Assembly: GCF_963506605.1 (NCBI RefSeq)
Contig: NC_083279.1
Span: 100,502,001-100,566,000 of the forward strand
Origin: Zootoca vivipara
Lineage: Eukaryota
DNA length: 64,000 nucleotides
Direction: 5' to 3'
The notes below the pieces were generated by a model that saw only the letters and a program-made list of their open reading frames with translations, was not told the DNA's origin and did no database searches. Of this stretch, positions 23,974-36,616 are shown in pieces (within the stretch, counting starts at the first letter, position 1; every line of letters begins with the position of its first letter). Made by a program: the position numbers and the translations under genes.

Positions 23974-24761
23974 CAACCCTAGCACCCCAAACCTTGGGTA
24001 CCCAAGAGGAATTAAATGAGAATAAAGTATGTGAAGAAACTTTGCTGAGAATAGAGAAATAAGTCAAATGTATCCTTATGAAACCCATTCATTTCCAGTC
24101 CAGAATGCGGCTCCACAAACTGCTTTTTTTGGGGGGGGGTGAGATAAAGAGCCCATGAGGCAACTCAACTACCTGGTCTGGACTCTCATCCCCCCCAAAG
24201 GAAACCAATAAACATATACTGCCCCAAGTGCTGTCCCAAGTATTAATTCCTTTCCAAAATGGGGGCTGCTTTTTTTTTTAAGACATTGTAAAATCAACAA
24301 AAAAGAGCAGCAGCTGCGTTTTCTCTCTCTGTTTCTCTCTATGTGAGGCTATTCTGAGATTCTCATGCCAAGAGATGTAAGTAAACCCGTTTCTGTTGAA
24401 AACCAGGAGCCAGTAATGGTGGGGCTTATACAACTGTAGATGTGGAGGGGACCCCTGAGGGTCATCTAGTCCAGCCCCCTGCGATGCAGGAACCTCAACT
24501 AAAGTATCCATGGCAGATAGCCATCCAACCTCTGCTTAAGACTCCACAACCTCCCAAGGGAGATGTTCCCCCATCAAACAGCTCTTACCCTCAGAAAACT
24601 CTTCCTAACGTCAGATTCTCCTTTCTTGTAATTGTAATTTTGTCGGGTGTGGATACCTTGGTTTAAGTTTCCTTGGAAGGAAGGTCACTGAAGACTGTGG
24701 CATTTTCTGTGATATTAAGTTTATTTAATACATATATACAAGGTGAGTGTAATTTAGAACA

Positions 24762-25098
24762 GGGACACGGGTGGCGCTGTGGGTTAGGTTAAACCACAGA
24801 GCCTAGGGCTTGTTGATCAGAAGGTCGGCAGTTCGAATCCCCGCAACAGAGTGAGCTCCCGTTGCTCAGTCCATGCTCCTGCCAACCTAGCAGTTCTAAA
24901 GCACCTCAAAGTGCTCTGGCAGGAAGGTAAACGGCGTTTCCGTGCGCTGCTCTGGTTCGCCAGAAGTGGCTTAGTCATGCTGGCCACATGACCCGGAAGC
25001 TGTACGCCGGCTCCCTCGGCCAGTAAAGAGAGATGAGTGCTGCACCCCAAAGTCGTCCGCGACTGGACCTAATGGTCAGGGGTCCCTTTACCTTTACC
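24762..25098 (+). mobile_element. Sauria SINE
   Basis: tRNA-like head, (ACCTTT)n tail, TSD TAATTTAGAACA. Confidence 0.92.
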
Positions 25099-25317
25099 AA
25101 TAATTTAGAACATTCACATTCCAGCAGATCCTGCTGCCCCATTAGGTTTTTGGCGGTGGGGTGGGGGTCTTCAAAGGCATTACTTGGCTTCTCGCTGAGA
25201 ACAAATCAGGCCTCTCTCCTTTTTCCAGGGTCATATCTCAAAATGACTGGCTGTTGTCCTCCCTCTTTCACATACAGACCTTGTTGATTTCACCTCCAGC
25301 CACAGGAGGGATGGGAC

Positions 25318-25687
25318 CAGGGCCGTCTTAACCATATCTGGCGCCCTGGTGCCAAGATCCCTCTGGCACCCCCCATGAATGAGGCGGGCAGGAGGGGCAT
25401 GCGGGGAGCAGAGAGGCACGGAGGAGGTGGCCCCAGGCTCCCGCTCCCCACGTGAAGCTCCGGAGGCGCACGGGGAGCCCGAGCCTGGGGCCGCCGCGCT
25501 GCGCCTCTCAGCTGTTCAGGCGGCCCCAGGCCAGCGCTCCCCGCGCGCCTCCGGAGAGCTGCCTGAAGCTGCTCAACAGCAGAGGCGCGCGGAGGCAGAC
25601 ACCAGCATTCGGCGCCCCTTCCGCGCCCCTGATGGCCAGGCGCCCTGGCGCCTTGCGCCACCCAGCCCGGGCCAAGAGACGGCCCTG
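25318..25687. mobile_element. GC-rich hAT MITE
   Basis: TIR CAGGGCCGTCT / AGACGGCCCTG, TSD GATGGGAC. Confidence 0.9.
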
Positions 25688-26843
25688 GATGGGACCCCCT
25701 CATCTCCAGCTTTTTAGGTTCTAGTGAAGCACCACAGCCCAAACTTGCATAACAAAACAGACCTGCTAAATTGCCTCTCCCAGTTTTGTAGGGTTTTGAC
25801 ACTGACCCCAGTAAGCTCCCGTTTGGCCAAGCACTGCACTGAACAAGGAGATGCCTGGAAACTTCAGTCAGCTTACAAAATAACAGTCATATGAAATAAA
25901 AGTCCACACCTTGATTTCTTGACTCTCTCAAGTCCTCACTATTGAGAGATCTATGCCACAGATCTTAATAAGACACACAGAAGCTGGAAAACAAGAAGCA
26001 AACCATGAGATTCAAATCTATCGGTTAAACAGAAAACAACACTCCAAATTATCCCTCTTTTCCTTCAAAGCACATTATGTTGTTGCATGCCCTCAAGTTA
26101 CATTTCTCCTCAGATGGAAACATCTCAGAGAAAGGATGTGGTCTGTTTATCACACTGTATTGGGTCTGTCCTCTCCCCCCCCCTTTCCAGAGAGCAGTTT
26201 TTGTTCCCAGAGTCAAAAATAAGTCTTCTGAATTCTCCCTCCCTCCCTCCCTCCCTCCTCCCATCCCCATTTTTCTATCTCTCCCCCCTCCCTCTCCAGT
26301 TGGGAGCTCCTGGTTTCTCCAGGGGAGGGTGAGTGGTGCGGAAGATTGAGGGGACCAGGTGGGGCTGGGGATCTGGGGAACTGGCCATGCAATGCAAGGG
26401 GGGGGATTTCCAATTTGGCACAAAAGGAGAAGGCAGCTCCCATGCTTGCACATGCCCAGAAAGCTCTTAGGGGGGTTAGTGTTCTTCCAGTTTGCATGAC
26501 CCAATTAATCCCCAGTAGTTTATTTAGGTATTTATTTACAGATTTCTCAAATTTTGGCTTTGGGTGGGTGTCCCCACGTGATTTCCTGGAAAGGAATACG
26601 CTGGTGCCGAGAGATGTGCCTCTCTGCTCTCTCCTCTGCCAGGGGGCCACCCCTTTGGCACCCCCTTTGCCCCCCCCCCAGACATCAGCCTTAAGAAAAT
26701 GCCAGCACAACCCAGATTACACACACACCCCGTTTCCTACATTTCCTGAGGGGAGGGATGCTGAGCTCAACCAGCAAGTCACACAACAGACTCAGCTCTA
26801 CGGCTGCAAATAAAATGTTTTAAGTGTGTTTTAAGTGCAATAT

Positions 26844-27000
26844 GAAGACAGAAGTGCCTGGCGTGCTCTGGTCCATGGGGTCACGAAGAGTCGGACACGA
26901 CTCTTTTCCTGCTTGGCAGGGGGTTGGACTGGATGGCCCTTGTGGTCTCTTCCAACTCTATGATTCTATGATTTTATGACTAAGCGACTAAACAACAACT
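26844..27000 (+). mobile_element. BovB 3' end interrupted by a CR1 3' tail (about 26903-26978)
   Basis: BovB TSD GTGCAATAT; CR1 terminal sequence and octamer repeats sit inside the BovB tail. Confidence 0.8.
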
Positions 27001-27514
27001 AGGTGCAATATACGATGTGACACTAGAGAGGCGATGGTGAGCCTTATGGAAAATTCAATTTATTTATTTTTATTTATTTTAAAAAATAATCTTATTCCAT
27101 TTTCTTTTTCAATTGTTACATACATCACATATCCATAACATTCACATTACATTCCCTCTTCCCTCCCCTCTTGCGGTCCAGTGATCAGGGAGTAATCTAA
27201 CAGTAGAGTTTGCTGAAGTGGTCAGATGAGTTTCCTTGGAAGACAATGGCCTTCGTTGTTCACTTCAGTGTCCTCACCAGCATCCCCAAAGAGGGAGCTA
27301 GCTTGCAAGAGCTACAAATAAGTGATGGTGCAGCTCTGGCTAATGAATGGGCCTTTCCTCCTCGCCCTCACCTAGCTGCTAGGCAGCAGGAGGACAAGAG
27401 CCACAGGAATTGTGTGTGAAGAAGCTGGAAGCAGGCTGGAAGCTGGAGCCACTGAGCCCTGCCTGTTGGGGTGTTGATGCTGTGAGCCCCTCCATCTTAG
27501 GCTCAGGTTATTTG

Positions 27515-27851
27515 GGTAAAGGGACCCCTGACCATTAGGTCCAGTCGCGAACGACTCTGGGGTTGCGGTGCTCATCTCGCGTTATTGGCCGAGGGAGCCT
27601 CGTACAGCTTCTGGGTCATGTGGCCAGCAGGACTAAGCCGCTTCTGGCGAACCAGAGCAGCGCATGGAAACGCTGTTTTACCTTCCCACCGGAGCGGTAC
27701 CTATTTAGCTACTTGCACTTTGAGGTGCTTTCAAACTGCTAGGTTGGCAGGAGCAGGGACCGAGCAATGGGAGCTCACCCCGTTGCAGGGATTCGAACCG
27801 CCGACCTTCCGATCTGCAAGCCCTAGGCTCAGTGGTTTAGACCACAGCGCC
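27515..27851 (-). mobile_element. Sauria SINE
   Basis: Reverse complement of the 24762-25098 family. Confidence 0.9.
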
Positions 27852-28419
27852 AATAAAACCATAAATCCTAAAGACACCACAGCCTCTGCTGACCTTCATT
27901 GCAAGGAAACGGAAACCTGGAACCAGAATTATCTCACCGTTTGGAGATTGTGCCTCTGCAAATACGGGCAGCCTTGATACCCCTTTCTTTTAACACAGGC
28001 AACCTTCTCCGTTGGTTCCAGCCAGCAGAGCCTAATGATCTGACATTGGTCACTTCCAAGCACATTGACTGTCCTTTCTTAGAAAATAAAATAAACAGAC
28101 TGTCAGCGGCATGTTCTAAACATCTTCAGGAAGTCTGTTTAATTGCCAAGTGAAGCTGCTTGCATTCTGTGCTGCCAAAAAAAGAGATGAGAAATAGGGT
28201 TTGGAAGAGGAATTTTTCAAAGGGAAGCAGAACAGAATGTAAACTTCCTGATGTCCTGGCCAGGTAGAGTCAGTAAAGGGAAGCAAGGCAAGGGTGCACA
28301 GAAAAGGCATTTGGGGGAGAACACACATTGCCGTTCTCACTCACGGAGGACCCACAGAGCGGAGGCAAACGTGGGAGACTAGGAGGCATCATTAGGAAAG
28401 GAACTGGAAAGAGAACTGC

Positions 28420-29580
28420 CAGTATCATAATGCCATTATGCAAATCTAGGGTGCAACCACATATGGAACACTGTGTGCCGTTCTGGTTGCCTCGCCTCTG
28501 AAAAGGTATTGTAGAGTTGGGAAAGGTTCAGAAAAGGGCCCCAAATGATCAAGGGGCTGGAGCAGGGGTCAGCAACCTTTTTCCACCGTCCCTCAAACCA
28601 TGTGGGGGGCCAGACTATATTTTGGGGGGGAAATGAACAAATTCCCATCCCCCACAAATAATCCATAGATGCAATTTAAATAAAAGCATACATTCTACTC
28701 ATGTGAAAACATGCTGATTCCTGGACCATCCGTGGGCCAGACTGAGAAGGCGTTTGGGCTGCATCTGGCCCCCGGGCCTTAGGTTGCCTACTCCTGGGCT
28801 GCAGTGAGTCTCTTGTGAATATGTCTGGGACTTTTTAGTTCGAAACGAAGAAGAGGTGACATGATAGAAGTTTATAAAATTATACAAGGCATGGAGAAAT
28901 TGCACAGAGGCAGGGCCATCTCAGGTCAGGCAGGTCGGGCGCCCTGGCGCTGAGACGCGGAGATCGCTCCGGCGCCCCCGCCCTCGCAGCGCACAGCATG
29001 GCTTCTGTGCAGCTTCGCCGCGAAGCGCCCCCCTGCCAGCCCCGCGCCCTGGCACCCCGCGCCACCGGGACTATACCTAGAGCCGGGCCTGCACAGAGGG
29101 GAGTTTTTCTCCCTCTCACATCACGCTAGAATTCATGGACCTCCGGTGAAGCTGAATGTTGGGAGTTTCAGGGAACATAAAAGAAAGTCTCTCTTCATGG
29201 AAACTATGGGGGCAGGCCATGGGCGTAGGCAGGGGGGCAGGAGGGGGCAGTTGCCCCCCCCTAGAAGCAGGACCGCTGGCCAGCCTGCCCTGCTGCCCGC
29301 CCGGTGCCGTCTCCCTTCTCCCTGGCTGGCTGTGGGGCGGGTGGAGGGAAAGCCCCAGAGCTGCGCAAAGCGGTTGCCTGGCTTTCCCTCCGCCCGCCCC
29401 ACAGCCAGCAAGGGAGAAGGGAGCTCTCCTTGCCCCACTGTGGCCCCGCCCCCACCCCTTGGCCCCGCCCCTTGCCCCCCTAATTTTCATCCTGGCTACG
29501 CCCCTGGCAGGGATGGCCACTAATCTGGATGGCTTTAAAAGAGTATTAGACAAATCCATGGCAAAGAGGGGGCACTGATG
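28420..29580 (+). mobile_element. Old CR1 fragment with three hAT MITEs (28563-28796, 28911-29091, about 29218-29506)
   Basis: Degenerate CR1 RT C-terminus; TSDs GGCTG(G/C)AG and CACAGAGG; third element has CA(G/T)GGGCGTAG-type TIRs. Confidence 0.78.
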
Positions 29581-29967
29581 AATATCGTCACTGGAAACCA
29601 CAGGAGGGGGGCATAGCCTCCAACTGTCCTGAAAATGCTGGGATCATTCCCCAAAACAGTCTAGCCACCATGGCATCCCTAGTCAGAATGGTCCAACATG
29701 TGACCTTTGCTAAGTCCCAAAGGAGCGTCCACCGTGGCCATTGCTAAGGGCAATCACACATTTGCACTAACCATTGTGCCAACCCACTGGGCTTCCATTT
29801 CCACATGTAACGCAGGGTGGCTGGTGGTGGAAAGCTACCCCAACTCCCATCCGTGTGTTCGTCTGTGTGTGATGTAACACCCCCAACAAAGCTCATTGAA
29901 CCAATGACGGGACAAATAGACAGCTATCCCCACATCAGTATTGGCTAATCAATCTGGACATTTGGCA

Positions 29968-30190
29968 AGAGAAGAGAAGACTCCCTGGAAAAGACCCTGA
30001 TGTTGGGAAAGATGGAGGGCACTAGGAGAAGGGGACGACAGAGGACAAGATGGTTGGACAGTGTTCTCGAAGCTACGAACATGAGTCTGACCAAACTGCG
30101 GGAGGCAGTGGAAGACAGGAGTGCCTGGCGTGCTCTGGTCCATGGGGTCACGAAGAGTCGGACACGACTAAACGACTAAACGACAACAAA
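29968..30190 (+). mobile_element. BovB (RTE) 3' fragment
   Basis: Near-identical to 23095-23310 and 59202-59415. Confidence 0.9.
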
Positions 30191-30237
30191 ATCCAATAGG
30201 CTGTCTCTGGAGGCGGGATTTATTCCCTCCCGCTGCT

Positions 30238-30566
30238 CCCTAAATGGCCTTGGTCTAGTATACCTGAAGGAGCGTCTCCACCCCCATCGTTCTGCCCGGA
30301 CACTGAGGTCCAGCACCGAGGGCCTTCTGGCGGTTCCCTCGTTGCGAGAAGCCAAGTTGCAGGGAACTAGGCAGAGGGCCTTCTCGGTGGTGGCGCCTGC
30401 CCTGTGGAACGCCCTCCCAACAGATGTCAAAGAGGAAAACAACTACCAGACTTTTAGAAGACATCTGAAGGCAGCCCTGTTTAGAGAGGCTTTTAATGTT
30501 TAATAGATTATTGTATTTTATTTTTCTGTTGGAAGCCGCGCAGAGTGGGCGGGGTATAAATAATAA

Positions 30567-30603
<37 letters not shown>
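30238..30603 (+). mobile_element. L2 LINE 3' fragment with (ATT)n tail
   Basis: Encodes LNGLGLVYLKERL...RAFSVVAPALWNALP...RRHLKAALF, a typical L2 ORF2 C-terminus. Confidence 0.88.
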
Positions 30604-30604
<1 letters not shown>

Positions 30605-31033
30605 TCCCTGACACCCACCAGCATCAAGGTTGGGCAGCCTGACCTGAGACGTGATTGGCGCCAGGGGTCGCAGCCTTCGGAATCGGTGACCAGTCACTGA
30701 CATCGCAGGGCAGTTTCGGGATTGGGGGGGTGGAAGCGGAGGTTCTGCTTGGCTTAGTGCAGCCTGTCAGTCACAAGCTGGAGGCTGGGCTGATGAGTTG
30801 GTAGCAGGTAGGAGGAAATGAGGAGAGGAGAGCTGAAGTGGAGAGGGCTGGGAGGCGGTTGGGTTTGTTGCCCCCCAAGATGGAGTTTCTGTTGGGCAAC
30901 CCTTTCAGCACCCAGTGGGGCAGAGCCACGGTTAGAGGGCACGAAGGCGACAGGCTCAGCAGCAATGGGCCCCATTTTGACCTTTTGACCATGGATCTGA
31001 GATTAATAGATTGACATAGTTAGAACTACAGTA

Positions 31034-31212
31034 AAGGTAAAGGGACCCCTAACCATTAGGTCCAGTCATGACCGACTCTGGGGTTGCGGCGCTCATCTCG
31101 CTTTACTGGCCAAGGGAGCCGGCGAACAGCTTCCAGGTCATGTGGCCAGCATGACGAAGCCACTTCTGGCGAACCAGAGCAGCACATGGAAACGCCGTTT
31201 ACCTTCCCGCTG
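31034..31212 (-). mobile_element. Truncated Sauria SINE
   Basis: 3' half of the SINE, TSD TACAGTA. Confidence 0.85.
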
Positions 31213-31983
31213 TACAGTATAGGAGCTAAAATCAAGACATCACTGTCCCCTGGGGAATACTTCATGGGTTGTGATGGGTCTACTCTACACCAAGCCATAC
31301 AGTTCTTCCTCAGCTCTCCCTGTTCTCTGGCCTGAGTCCCATCCCTGTGCTTATTTTATTCCTGCGTTCGCATTTCCAGGATGCCTTGCTAAAAATGTTA
31401 TTTGTGTGAGTATGTTTGTTTTATTTGAAATATTTACCAGCCATCTTTTAGGGCAACCTCCCTCTCGGCAGCTTCTGTACGGTACTGAAATCATTTTTAA
31501 AACCAGCGCTATAACCTCTTAGGAAATCATCAAATGATTCCAAAAAATGAAACCGTAAAACGACCCGTCAGAACGTACCAAATGAAACCAACATAATACT
31601 GTCGAAAAGGTCTTTAAAACCCTGTAGCCCATTAAAACCCTAGATATCTGAAGTTGTCATTAATTATGTTTTGTTTGTTTCATAGGTTTACATGGAAACT
31701 TTTCTCCAAGGAGGTCAAGGTGGTGATCTTTATGGTTCAGTGGGAATGTGAACCCTGAATTCCAGGTTCAACACTCTAATTGGCTCTCTTTTATGAATCA
31801 TGATCCAGTCCCCTTCTCTGGGCTACAAAAGCTGGTGGGAAGGTATATCTTGTGCTGACCCATATAAATGAATGTGCATGAACAGCAAAGGGTGCCCTTC
31901 TGTGCACATCCTGTCATTACACTACCTGAAGCCACCGGCAGTTGTCTGAACTGCTGATAGCAGTTGTTCTTGTTGTTCTAGTC

Positions 31984-32119
31984 CAGGCACCCCCAAACTG
32001 CGGCCCTCCAGATGTTTTGGCCTACAACTCCCATGATCCCTAGCTAACAGGACCAGTGGTCAGGTATGATGGGAATTCTAGTCCAAAACATCCGGAAGGA
32101 CAAAGTTTCGGGATGCCTG
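31984..32119. mobile_element. Palindromic hAT MITE
   Basis: CAGGCA...TGCCTG termini, TSD TTCTAGT(C/A). Confidence 0.85.
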
Positions 32120-32286
32120 TTCTAGTATATCTGCAACTTAATGAGCAAACACACTGAATCCTTGGTCTCCCACAGGGCTGGTCGTATCATTATTAGCCAG
32201 AGTTAAGTGACCACCTCAGGCAGCAAATGCTGGGGATTGGGGGGAGTGGCAGAGAGCTTGGCAGGACAGGGCTGTCCTGCCCTGTA

Positions 32287-33291
32287 CAGTGGGACCTTGG
32301 TTCTCAAACTTAATCGGTTCCGGAAGCATAGCTGCCAAGTACCCCATTTTCCCCGGGAAACCCCCGTATTTTCTTACCGTTACCCGCAGGTGTCCCGAAT
32401 GGCAAAATACCCCGTGTTCTTCTGGTGCCGCGCCGGCACTGGAAGTCGCTTCTACGCACTTCCGGACATGCGTAGAAGCGACTTCCGATGCCGCTGTGCC
32501 CATTTCCAAAATATCCGCAGCGCCAGAAGTCACTTCTACACATGTCTGAAAGTGCATAGAAGAGACTTCTGGCGCTGCGGACATTTCGGAAATGGGCACA
32601 GCGGCATCGGAAGTCGCTTCTACGCATGTCCGGAAGTGCGTAGAAGCAACTTCCGGGGCCGCGGCGCTGCTGATCCCGGATTTTTCAATCCGGAACTTGG
32701 CACCTATGCCCGGAAGTCCGTTCCAAGATCAAAGCGTTCCAAAACCAAGGTGCACTTTCCCATAGAAAGTACAGTCTTACCTCTGTTTACGTATCCCTCT
32801 GGATACGTAATCTTCGGGTTACGGCCACAGGAAACCCGGAAGTGTATACTTCTGGGTTTTGCCGTGTGCGCGCGCAGAAGCACACCTCTATTTATGCAAT
32901 TTTCGAGGTGCAAACGGACCCCCGGAATGAATTGAGTTCATATCCAGAGGGCCAACTGTAATGCAAAATTGATTAATCCGTTCCAGACTTTTAAAAACAA
33001 CCCCTAAAATAGCAATTTAACATGGATTTTACTATCTCTACCGAGACCCTTGATCCATAAAACGAAAGCCATAAACAATGCACTGCCGTCACACAATCAA
33101 TCCATCAGTAGCTGAAATAGGTTCCACACAGTCACAAAAACAAAGAAAAGCCACAAAAATACAAAATGAATAGCAAAAACAGACAGACCTCAGCGTAACA
33201 CTCAAAACAGAGTACGCCCAGCTTCTGAAAAAAGTTCGCAAACCGGAACAGTGTTTGAGTACCAAGGCATTTGAGAACCAAGGTACCAGTG
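32287..33291. mobile_element. Tigger-like MITE with a nested hAT MITE (32327-32708) and a second Tigger-like MITE (32772-32958)
   Basis: TA-flanked CAGTGG.ACCTTGGTTCTCAAA TIRs. Inner CATAGCTGCCAAGT / ACTTGGCACCTATG with TSD (T/C)CCGGAAG. Inner TA|CAGT...ACTG|TA. Confidence 0.85.
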
Positions 33292-34140
33292 TATTAGTTC
33301 AATGCATTCTTATCAGCTGTTTGCAACTCTTCCCCCACAATGCAACATTGAACTTCGATGGGTGCAAATCTGTTCAGCTCTTAACAACCCAAGTAATTGG
33401 CTGCTTTATAACTTAGCAGTTGAAAATGACGGTGGTTTTTTTAAAGTCGCTTTTAATTAAATAATTTCGTGCTGTGGTGCCCTTGGGGGGGGGAGTGGTG
33501 TGGCAGGGCCAACCTCCCCTTGATCCCCCAGTGTCCCCTTGGTGTTTGTCCTCCGAGCCCATTCTCACCATAAAGTTGTTTGCCTTCCCAGAGCACGGCC
33601 TGCTCATCTGGTAATAAATCTGGGCTGTAGGCAGGGAGGAGGGGGGGCATGCTAATGATGATAAACAGCTTGCCCAGCAGACCCAGAGAGGAAGAGCAGC
33701 GTCATCGGTGGGGAAAGATGTGATTTACTGCCCAGCAGAGCATCCTCTAGCCTCGTGGGCCTTTGCATTGAAGTGGAGGCGGCCCCTGATTGGTTGGGCA
33801 GCCGCAACAGCTGGGCTCTTTTTCAGGATGCCACATAAAAGGCACCCCCCCACACACACACACACCCCTCCAGCCTGGGAAAACAACCGTTCTGGATCAC
33901 AAGCAGGATTCAACATTTTTTTCTAACATGGGAAGAGGCTCTGGCTATGGACTCTAACCCGACAGCAATGTAAGCTCAGTAAGTAGATAGGATAGCAAGT
34001 GCTATTCCTTCCTTTTATCATCTCCTCCCTTGGAGGTTTCTAAGCAGAGGTTGGATGGCTCTTCAGCTGTGATTCCTGCCTTGCAGGGGGTTGGACTTGA
34101 TGGCCCTTGTGGGTGTCCCTTCCCCAGTGGGGTCCCTTCT

Positions 34141-34416
34141 AGAGCCAGTGTGGTGTAGTGGTTAAGAGAGGTAGACTCGTAATCTGGTGAACCGGGTTTG
34201 ATTCCCTGCTCCTCCACACGCAGCTGCTGGGTGACCTTGGGCTAGTCACACTTCTCTGAAGTCTCTCAGACCCACTCACCTCACAGAGTGTTTGTTGTAG
34301 GGGAGGAAGGGAAAGGAGAATGTTAGCCGCTTTGAGACTCCTTTGAGTAGTGATAAAGCGGGATATCAAATTCCTCCTCCTCCTCCTCCTCTTCTCCTTT
34401 TTCTTCTTCTTCTTCT
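34141..34416 (+). mobile_element. tRNA-derived CORE-type SINE (Squam3-like) with (CCT/CTT)n tail
   Basis: A box TGGTGTAGTGG, B box GGTTTGATTCC, CORE-like GTGACCTTGGGC.AGTCAC. Confidence 0.8.
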
Positions 34417-34909
34417 ATGCACAAATCGGCTTTCGGTGAACTGGTGCCCTCCAGATGTTTTGGACTTCTGGGTGCTGATGAGAGTTGGAGGGCACCCAGT
34501 TGGCAAAGGCTGGCACAGATGACCCAAGTGCCTTCTGGGTGTAATGTGTCTTGGGGGGAGGGGTGCAGGAATGGAGCAGAGCAAGGTCCAAGTTGAGCCC
34601 ACCAGCAGTATCACTTGCAGTGTGGTAGAATATGCTGAGTTCCACTGACTTGACTGTGGGGCACAAAATGTCTTGGGCTGGGGCAGTGCTAACTCCCCAC
34701 CCCCACCCCGGCCAGGTGAAATGCGGAAAAGCACCGGTCTGAGGACAGTTCCTTGGCAGCCCTCACCACTGACTTCCCCCTATTGTATGAACTGTGGGGT
34801 CCCTCTGACCCCCTGCTTCCTGCCCTTCAACCTCAGTGATCCGTAAAGGGAACCGGATGCTCAAGACCGAACTTGCACACCAGGTCTTTTGGGAGATCTG
34901 TGATCCAGC

Positions 34910-35109
34910 CAGGGCCGTCTTGAGCAGATCGCGCGCCCTGGTGCTGAGGGGCGGAGATCGCTCCGCCGCCCGCCCCGCCCTCGCAGAGCGCAATTAGTTT
35001 TTGTGCGGCTTTGCCGCGCGCCGCTCTCCTTGCCAGGCCGGTGCCCAGCTTACCAGCCCCCCCCCCGTGGTGCACTGCGCCACCGGGGGTCTATGTAGAG
35101 CCGGCCCTG
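34910..35109. mobile_element. GC-rich hAT MITE
   Basis: CAGGGCC...GGCCCTG, TSD GATCCAGC; same family as 28911-29091. Confidence 0.9.
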
Positions 35110-35367
35110 GATCCAGCTGTTCTTTTTAATGGAAACAGAGGGGAGGGGGCTGCAAATATAATGATGCCAGCATGGCTGTGCTGGGGGGGGGAGTGGAAAC
35201 TTAACCCACTGCCCTCTCCCCAGGTATTTCTTACTCTCACGGAAATAAATGCAGGAATCCTAGCTCCTCTTTTGAAGCCACCTAGGTTGGTGGCCATCAC
35301 GGCCTCCTGTGGAAGGGAGTTTCATAGTTTAACTCTGCAATCCATGAAGAAGGACTTCCTCTTGATC

Positions 35368-35790
35368 CAGGGTCTGGAAACCAAGCCTGATGAGGAGTGG
35401 TTGAAGGAGCTGTGTATGTTTAGCTTGGAAAGGAGACTGAGGACTGAGAGGAGATAGGAGAGCCATCTCCAAATATCTTAAGAGCTGTCACATGGAATAG
35501 GGAACAAGCTGGTTTTCTCCTGCTCTGGAGGGCAGGACTCGAACCCATGGCTTCAAGTTACAAGAAAGGAGATTCCAGCTAAACATACGGAAAAACTTTC
35601 TAACAGTATGAGCTGTTCAGCAGTGGAACAGACTCCCTTGGGAGGTGGTGGACTCTCCTTCCTTGGAGGTTTCTAAGCAGAGCTTGGATGGGCATCTGTC
35701 CTGGATGCTGTAGCTGAGATTCCTGCCTTGCAGGGGGTTGGACTAGATGACCCTTGGGGTCCCTTCCAACTCTAGGATTCTATGATTCTC
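35368..35790 (+). mobile_element. CR1 3' fragment
   Basis: GLETKPDEEWLKELCMFSLE and CR1 tail. Confidence 0.85.
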
Positions 35791-36616
35791 TCATTTGTCC
35801 CTTCTTTTTAACTCATAACTTTTATTCCCCATTCCAAATTCTAAATCCCCTGACAGTGGTCATAAATGCTTTGTTTCAAAGGCAACTTACGACCCACCCA
35901 GCACTGTTCCAGCCTGCCGATTGTGTGTTAGATAAAAGGAAACAGAAACATGGATGTGCTTTGCATTTAAGGTTAGCTATGCAAATGAGCAGCTCGCTTG
36001 CTGCCGTAATTAGTGCCCAAAGGAAAGCCTGTGTGAGTTGGTTGAATGCAGGGTTACCAGAGAAGGATGCCCAAAATGCCACAGGGATCAGTTCCCGCGA
36101 TTTATTAGAAGGAAGCCTGCTAACTAAACAGCAAGCATTCATCGTGACTGCCTCACCCGGGCAAGCATGTCATGCAGAGGCAGACTTAGGGAGGGGACTG
36201 AGACGAGTGGGTGCTTCAGGGGGTGGGGTATAAATAATAAAATTATTAAAATGATGGTGGTGGTGAACAATGGAAGGGGGGAGGCTTGGAGGTACCAAAT
36301 ATTGGCACCACAGAGGGCACCACTAAAATTTAAAGCCCCCAAACTGCCACTGATGCATTATACAGTTGTACAGTATCTTGGATCCCGAACGCCTCGTGAG
36401 TCAAACGTTTTGGCTCCCAAATACCACAAACCCAGAATTGTTCTGGTTTGCGAATGTTCTTTGGAACCTGAATGTCCAACGCGACTTCCACGCTTCCGAT
36501 TGGCTGCAGGAGCTTCCTGTAGCCAACTGGAAGCCACGCCTTAGTTTTTGAAGATTTGGGAAGTCAAATGGACTTCCGGAATGGATTCCGTTCGACTTCC
36601 GTGGTACGACAGAATT

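Noticed and set aside
25290-25802. GC-rich overlapping ORFs / CpG island (also 28880-29600, 34763-35457)
   Set aside because: Bounded by hAT TIRs and 8-bp TSDs; the ORFs are by-products of GC content.
32207-32935. 242-aa repetitive ORF and CRISPR-like palindromic repeats
   Set aside because: Spans nested MITEs; units are internal TE palindromes without unique spacers, no cas genes, eukaryotic context.
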